Assembly: GCF_024502345.1 (NCBI RefSeq)
Contig: NZ_JALDNN010000001.1
Length of the DNA: 64,000 nucleotides
Source of the DNA: Escherichia coli
GTDB taxonomy: Bacteria; Pseudomonadota; Gammaproteobacteria; Enterobacterales; Enterobacteriaceae
Strand: one strand, 5' to 3'
Shown: in pieces, positions 57,292 to 64,000 of the stretch
Numbering within the stretch: the stretch's first letter is position 1
Layout of the letters: each line of letters begins with the position of its first letter
Notes under the pieces: generated by a model
Told to the model about the DNA's origin: nothing
What the model saw: the letters and a program-made list of their open reading frames with translations, nothing else
The model's database searches: none
Translations under genes and position numbers: made by a program

Positions 57292-58350
57292 ATGTTCGGC
57301 AATGATATTTTCACCCGCGTAAAACGTTCAGAAAATAAAAAAATGGCGGAAATCGCCCAATTCCTGCATGAAAATGATTTGAGCGTTGACACCACAGTCG
57401 AAGTATTTATTACCGTAACCCGCGATGAAAAGCTTATCGCGTGCGGTGGAATTGCCGGAAATATTATTAAATGCGTTGCTATCAGTGAATCCGTTCGCGG
57501 TGAAGGACTGGCGCTGACATTAGCCACTGAACTGATAAACCTCGCCTATGAGCGGCACAGCACGCATCTGTTTATTTATACCAAAACCGAATACGAGGCG
57601 CTGTTCCGCCAGTGCGGTTTTTCCACGTTGACCAGCGTACCAGGCGTGATGGTGCTGATGGAAAACAGCGCCACGCGATTGAAACGCTATGCCGAATCGC
57701 TGAAAAAATTTCGTCATCCCGGGAACAAGATTGGCTGCATTGTGATGAACGCCAATCCCTTTACGAAGGGTCACCGTTATCTGATTCAACAAGCTGCGGC
57801 ACAGTGCGACTGGTTGCATCTGTTTTTAGTCAAAGAAGATTCTTCACGCTTCCCCTATGAAGACCGGCTGGATCTGGTGTTAAAAGGCACCGCCGATATT
57901 CCACGCCTGACTGTGCATCGCGGCTCCGAATACATCATCTCCCGCGCTACGTTCCCTTGCTACTTCATTAAAGAACAGAGCGTCATTAACCATTGTTACA
58001 CCGAAATTGATCTGAAGATTTTCCGTCAGTACCTCGCTCCCGCACTGGGTGTAACTCACCGCTTTGTCGGTACTGAACCCTTTTGTCGCGTTACCGCCCA
58101 GTACAACCAGGATATGCGCTACTGGCTGGAAACGCCGACTATCTCCGCACCGCCCATCGAACTGGTTGAAATTGAGCGGCTGCGTTACCAGGAGATGCCG
58201 ATATCCGCTTCCCGGGTACGTCAACTGCTGGCGAAAAACGATCTCACGGCTATCGCGCCGCTGGTCCCTGCAGTCACGCTGCATTATTTGCAGAACCTGC
58301 TTGAGCACTCCCGCCAGGACGCGGCAGCTCGTCAAAAGACCCCCGCATGA
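57292..58350 (+). CDS. citC: [Citrate lyase] ligase CitC
   Basis: 352 aa from internal Met (MFGNDIFTRVK...). Confidence 0.9.
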   Translation: MFGNDIFTRVKRSENKKMAEIAQFLHENDLSVDTTVEVFITVTRDEKLIACGGIAGNIIKCVAISESVRGEGLALTLATELINLAYERHSTHLFIYTKTEYEALFRQCGFSTLTSVPGVMVLMENSATRLKRYAESLKKFRHPGNKIGCIVMNANPFTKGHRYLIQQAAAQCDWLHLFLVKEDSSRFPYEDRLDLVLKGTADIPRLTVHRGSEYIISRATFPCYFIKEQSVINHCYTEIDLKIFRQYLAPALGVTHRFVGTEPFCRVTAQYNQDMRYWLETPTISAPPIELVEIERLRYQEMPISASRVRQLLAKNDLTAIAPLVPAVTLHYLQNLLEHSRQDAAARQKTPA

Positions 58351-58364
58351 GAAACAGGTGAAAA

Positions 58365-58661
58365 ATGAAAATAAACCAGCCCGCCGTTGCAGGCACCCTT
58401 GAGTCTGGGGATGTGATGATACGCATCGCCCCACTCGATACGCAGGATATCGACCTGCAAATCAACAGCAGCGTTGAGAAACAGTTTGGCGATGCAATTC
58501 GCACCACCATTCTGGACGTTCTCGCCCGCTACAACGTGCGCGGCGTACAGCTGAATGTCGATGACAAAGGCGCACTGGACTGCATTTTACGTGCACGACT
58601 GGAAGCCCTGCTGGCACGCGCCAGCGGTATCCCGGCTCTGCCATGGGAGGATTGCCAATGA
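58365..58661 (+). CDS. citD: Citrate lyase acyl carrier protein (gamma subunit)
   Basis: 98 aa. Confidence 0.93.
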
Positions 58662-59566
58662 TTTCCGCTTCGCTGCAACAACGTAAAACTCGCACCCGCC
58701 GCAGCATGTTGTTTGTGCCTGGTGCCAATGCCGCGATGGTCAGCAACTCCTTCATCTACCCGGCTGATGCCCTGATGTTTGACCTCGAAGACTCCGTAGC
58801 ATTGCGTGAAAAAGACACCGCCCGCCGCATGGTTTACCACGCGCTGCAACATCCGCTGTATCGCGATATTGAAACCATTGTGCGTGTCAACGCGCTGGAT
58901 TCCGAATGGGGTGTCAACGACCTGGAAGCCGTCGTTCGCGGTGGTGCGGACGTTGTGCGTCTGCCGAAAACCGATACCGCTCAGGATGTTCTGGATATCG
59001 AAAAAGAGATCCTGCGTATCGAAAAAGCCTGTGGTCGTGAACCCGGCAGCACCGGCCTGCTGGCGGCGATTGAATCTCCGCTGGGCATTACCCGCGCAGT
59101 GGAAATCGCTCACGCTTCCGAGCGTTTGATCGGTATCGCCCTCGGTGCAGAAGACTATGTGCGCAACCTGCGTACAGAACGCTCCCCGGAAGGAACTGAA
59201 CTGCTGTTCGCTCGCTGCTCCATTTTGCAGGCCGCGCGCTCTGCGGGTATTCAGGCGTTCGATACCGTCTATTCCGACGCTAACAACGAAGCTGGATTCC
59301 TGCAAGAAGCCGCCCACATCAAACAGCTGGGCTTTGACGGCAAATCGCTGATCAACCCGCGTCAGATTGATCTGCTGCACAACCTCTACGCACCGACCCA
59401 GAAAGAAGTGGATCACGCCCGCCGCGTCGTAGAAGCCGCTGAAGCCGCCGCTCGCGAAGGCCTCGGCGTGGTTTCCCTGAACGGCAAGATGGTGGACGGT
59501 CCGGTTATCGATCGCGCCCGTCTGGTGCTCTCCCGTGCAGAACTTTCCGGCATCCGCGAAGAATAA
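58658..59566 (+). CDS. citE: Citrate lyase beta subunit (citryl-ACP lyase)
   Basis: 302 aa from internal Met ([10 protein letters not shown]...); start overlaps citD stop (ATGA). Confidence 0.93.
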
Positions 59567-59576
59567 GGCAATCAAA

Positions 59577-61109
59577 ATGACGCAGAAAATTGAACAATCT
59601 CAACGACAAGAACGGGTAGCGGCCTGGAATCGTCGCGCTGAATGCGATCTTGCCGCTTTCCAGAACTCGCCAAAGCAAACCTACCAGGCTGAAAAAGCGC
59701 GCGATCGCAAACTGTGCGCCAACCTGGAAGAGGCGATTCGTCGCTCTGGTTTACAGGACGGCATGACGGTTTCCTTCCATCACGCTTTCCGTGGCGGTGA
59801 CCTGACCGTCAATATGGTGATGGACGTCATCGCGAAGATGGGCTTTAAAAACCTGACCCTGGCGTCCAGCTCCCTGAGTGATTGCCATGCGCCGCTGGTA
59901 GAACACATTCGCCAGGGCGTGGTTACCCGCATTTATACCTCCGGCCTGCGCGGTCCACTGGCGGAAGAGATCTCCCGTGGTCTGCTGGCGGAACCGGTGC
60001 AGATCCACTCTCACGGCGGACGTGTGCATCTGGTACAGAGCGGCGAACTGAATATTGATGTGGCTTTCCTCGGCGTCCCGTCATGTGATGAATTCGGTAA
60101 TGCCAACGGCTACACCGGTAAAGCCTGCTGCGGCTCCCTCGGTTATGCAATGGTTGATGCCGACAACGCAAAACAGGTCGTGATGCTTACCGAAGAACTG
60201 CTGCCTTATCCGCATAATCCGGCAAGCATTGAGCAAGATCAGGTTGATCTGATCGTCAAAGTTGATCGCGTTGGCGATGCTGCAAAAATCGGCGCTGGTG
60301 CTACCCGTATGACCACTAACCCGCGCGAACTGCTTATTGCCCGTAGCGCTGCGGATGTGATTGTCAACTCTGGCTACTTCAAAGAAGGTTTCTCCATGCA
60401 AACCGGCACCGGCGGCGCATCGCTGGCGGTAACCCGTTTCCTGGAAGACAAAATGCGTAGCCGCGATATTCGCGCCGACTTCGCCCTTGGCGGTATTACC
60501 GCGACGATGGTTGACCTGCACGAAAAAGGTCTGATCCGCAAACTGCTGGATGTGCAGAGCTTTGACAGCCATGCTGCGCAATCGCTGGCCCGTAACCCCA
60601 ATCACATCGAAATCAGCGCCAACCAGTACGCTAACTGGGGTTCGAAAGGCGCATCGGTTGATCGTCTCGACGTGGTGGTACTGAGCGCGCTGGAAATTGA
60701 CACGCAGTTCAACGTTAACGTGCTGACCGGTTCTGACGGCGTACTGCGTGGCGCTTCCGGTGGTCACTGCGATACCGCGATTGCCTCTGCGCTTTCCATC
60801 ATCGTCGCGCCGCTGGTACGCGGTCGTATTCCGACTCTGGTGGATAACGTGCTGACCTGCATCACCCCGGGCTCCAGTGTCGATATTCTGGTCACAGACC
60901 ACGGTATCGCAGTTAACCCGGCACGTCCGGAACTGGCAGAACGTCTGCAGGAAGCGGGCATTAAAGTGGTTTCCATTGAGTGGCTGCGCGAACGCGCGCG
61001 TCTGCTGACCGGTGAACCACAGCCGATTGAATTCACCGACCGCGTCGTTGCCGTTGTGCGTTACCGCGATGGCTCGGTGATCGATGTTGTGCATCAGGTG
61101 AAGGAATAA
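59577..61109 (+). CDS. citF: Citrate lyase alpha subunit (citrate CoA-transferase)
   Basis: 510 aa from internal Met (MTQKIEQSQ...). Confidence 0.93.
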   Translation: MTQKIEQSQRQERVAAWNRRAECDLAAFQNSPKQTYQAEKARDRKLCANLEEAIRRSGLQDGMTVSFHHAFRGGDLTVNMVMDVIAKMGFKNLTLASSSLSDCHAPLVEHIRQGVVTRIYTSGLRGPLAEEISRGLLAEPVQIHSHGGRVHLVQSGELNIDVAFLGVPSCDEFGNANGYTGKACCGSLGYAMVDADNAKQVVMLTEELLPYPHNPASIEQDQVDLIVKVDRVGDAAKIGAGATRMTTNPRELLIARSAADVIVNSGYFKEGFSMQTGTGGASLAVTRFLEDKMRSRDIRADFALGGITATMVDLHEKGLIRKLLDVQSFDSHAAQSLARNPNHIEISANQYANWGSKGASVDRLDVVVLSALEIDTQFNVNVLTGSDGVLRGASGGHCDTAIASALSIIVAPLVRGRIPTLVDNVLTCITPGSSVDILVTDHGIAVNPARPELAERLQEAGIKVVSIEWLRERARLLTGEPQPIEFTDRVVAVVRYRDGSVIDVVHQVKE

Positions 61110-61112
61110 GCC

Positions 61113-62517
<1,405 letters not shown>

Positions 62518-62567
62518 TTATTTAAACACTTGATAAATTTTGAAATATTAATTTTCGGAGAACCCGT

Positions 62568-64000
62568 ATGTCTTTAGCAAAAGATAATATATGGAAACTA
62601 TTGGCCCCACTAGTGGTGATGGGCGTCATGTTTCTTATCCCTGTCCCCGACGGTATGCCGCCGCAGGCATGGCATTACTTCGCTGTGTTTGTGGCAATGA
62701 TTGTCGGCATGATCCTCGAGCCAATTCCGGCAACAGCGATCAGTTTTATTGCGGTTACTATTTGCGTTATTGGCAGTAATTACCTGCTCTTTGATGCCAA
62801 AGAATTAGCTGACCCAGCGTTTAATGCGCAAAAACAGGCGCTGAAATGGGGTCTGGCTGGTTTTTCCAGCACCACGGTATGGCTGGTATTTGGCGCATTT
62901 ATTTTTGCATTAGGGTATGAAGTTTCCGGGTTAGGTCGTCGCATTGCCCTTTTCCTGGTGAAATTCATGGGCAAACGCACGCTGACGTTGGGTTATGCGA
63001 TTGTCATTATCGACATTCTGCTGGCACCGTTTACACCGTCCAACACCGCGCGTACCGGGGGTACGGTTTTTCCGGTCATTAAAAACCTGCCGCCGCTGTT
63101 TAAATCATTCCCGAACGATCCGTCCGCGCGTCGTATTGGCGGCTATTTGATGTGGATGATGGTCATTAGTACCAGTCTGAGTTCGTCCATGTTTGTCACC
63201 GGTGCGGCACCAAACGTGCTGGGTCTGGAGTTCGTCAGCAAAATTGCCGGTATCCAGATTAGCTGGTTGCAGTGGTTCCTCTGCTTCCTGCCGGTTGGGG
63301 TTATCTTGCTTATCATTGCGCCGTGGCTTTCCTACGTGCTGTACAAACCGGAAATCACACACAGTGAAGAAGTGGCAACCTGGGCAAGTGATGAACTAAA
63401 AACCATGGGTGCGCTGACACGCAGAGAGTGGACGCTGATTGGCCTTGTATTGCTCAGCTTAGGTTTGTGGGTATTTGGCAGTGAAGTCATTAATGCTACT
63501 GCGGTTGGTCTGCTGGCAGTTTCGCTAATGCTGGCCCTGCACGTTGTGCCGTGGAAAGACATTACCCGTTATAACAGCGCATGGAACACGCTGGTCAACC
63601 TGGCAACTCTGGTTGTGATGGCTAACGGCCTGACTCGTTCTGGTTTTATTGACTGGTTCGCCGGTACCATGAGTACGCACCTGGAAGGATTCTCACCAAA
63701 CGCAACGGTGATTGTACTGGTTCTGGTGTTCTACTTTGCACACTACCTGTTTGCCAGCCTGTCTGCGCACACGGCAACCATGCTGCCGGTTATTCTGGCC
63801 GTCGGTAAAGGTATTCCGGGCGTACCAATGGAACAACTGTGTATCCTGCTGGTGCTGTCTATCGGTATCATGGGCTGTCTGACGCCGTATGCAACCGGTC
63901 CTGGGGTGATTATTTACGGCTGTGGCTATGTGAAATCAAAAGATTACTGGCGTCTTGGCGCAATCTTCGGGGTGATTTACATCTCTATGTTGCTGTTGGT
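62568..64000 (+). CDS. citT: Citrate/succinate antiporter CitT, N-terminal ~477 aa (3' end outside window)
   Basis: Frame open from ATG at 62568 to the window end; begins MSLAKDNIWKLLAPLVV...; not in the ORF track because no stop falls inside the window. Confidence 0.9.
   Translation, partial: MSLAKDNIWKLLAPLVVMGVMFLIPVPDGMPPQAWHYFAVFVAMIVGMILEPIPATAISFIAVTICVIGSNYLLFDAKELADPAFNAQKQALKWGLAGFSSTTVWLVFGAFIFALGYEVSGLGRRIALFLVKFMGKRTLTLGYAIVIIDILLAPFTPSNTARTGGTVFPVIKNLPPLFKSFPNDPSARRIGGYLMWMMVISTSLSSSMFVTGAAPNVLGLEFVSKIAGIQISWLQWFLCFLPVGVILLIIAPWLSYVLYKPEITHSEEVATWASDELKTMGALTRREWTLIGLVLLSLGLWVFGSEVINATAVGLLAVSLMLALHVVPWKDITRYNSAWNTLVNLATLVVMANGLTRSGFIDWFAGTMSTHLEGFSPNATVIVLVLVFYFAHYLFASLSAHTATMLPVILAVGKGIPGVPMEQLCILLVLSIGIMGCLTPYATGPGVIIYGCGYVKSKDYWRLGAIFGVIYISMLLL

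Overview
This window reads as conserved Escherichia coli core chromosome, collinear (in reverse orientation) with the K-12 interval kdpD/kdpE to citT, and I do not see a convincing novel system in it. About 62 kb is tightly packed housekeeping genes: kdpDE, pgm, seqA, fldA-uof-fur, chiPQ, glnS, nagE/nagBACD, asnB, a seven-tRNA operon (Met-Leu-Gln-Gln-Met-Gln-Gln), ubiF, miaB-ybeZYX-lnt, gltIJKL, rihA, leuS-lptE-holA-nadD-cobC, rsfS-rlmH-mrdAB-rlpA, dacA, lipB/lipA, tatE, crcB, cspE, pagP, dcuC, dpiBA and citCDEFXG-citT. Gene identities rest on protein length and recognisable motifs in the supplied translations; nothing was searched against a database. I found no CRISPR array, IS element, integrase, prophage remnant, or unexplained nuclease/ATPase/helicase gene. 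The one accessory-looking stretch is a ~1.2 kb AT-rich insert between rihA and ybeL (32413-33641) carrying two co-directional, strongly acidic small ORFs (129 and 173 aa) of unrecognised function. From memory, K-12 carries the ybeQ-ybeR-djlB-ybeT-ybeU-djlC-hscC island at that position. A second apparent difference from K-12 is the kdpE-pgm junction, where only a REP/BIME element is present and the speF-potE/ybfG/ybfP block I recall is absent; ybeM also appears intact here, whereas it is a pseudogene in K-12. Other features supported by sequence are REP/BIME (RIP-like) repeats, a sigma-54-type promoter upstream of gltI, the expected position of the sRNA SroC, a Fur box at uof/fur, a CRP site in the nagE-nagB region, an FNR-like site upstream of dcuC, and several intrinsic terminators.
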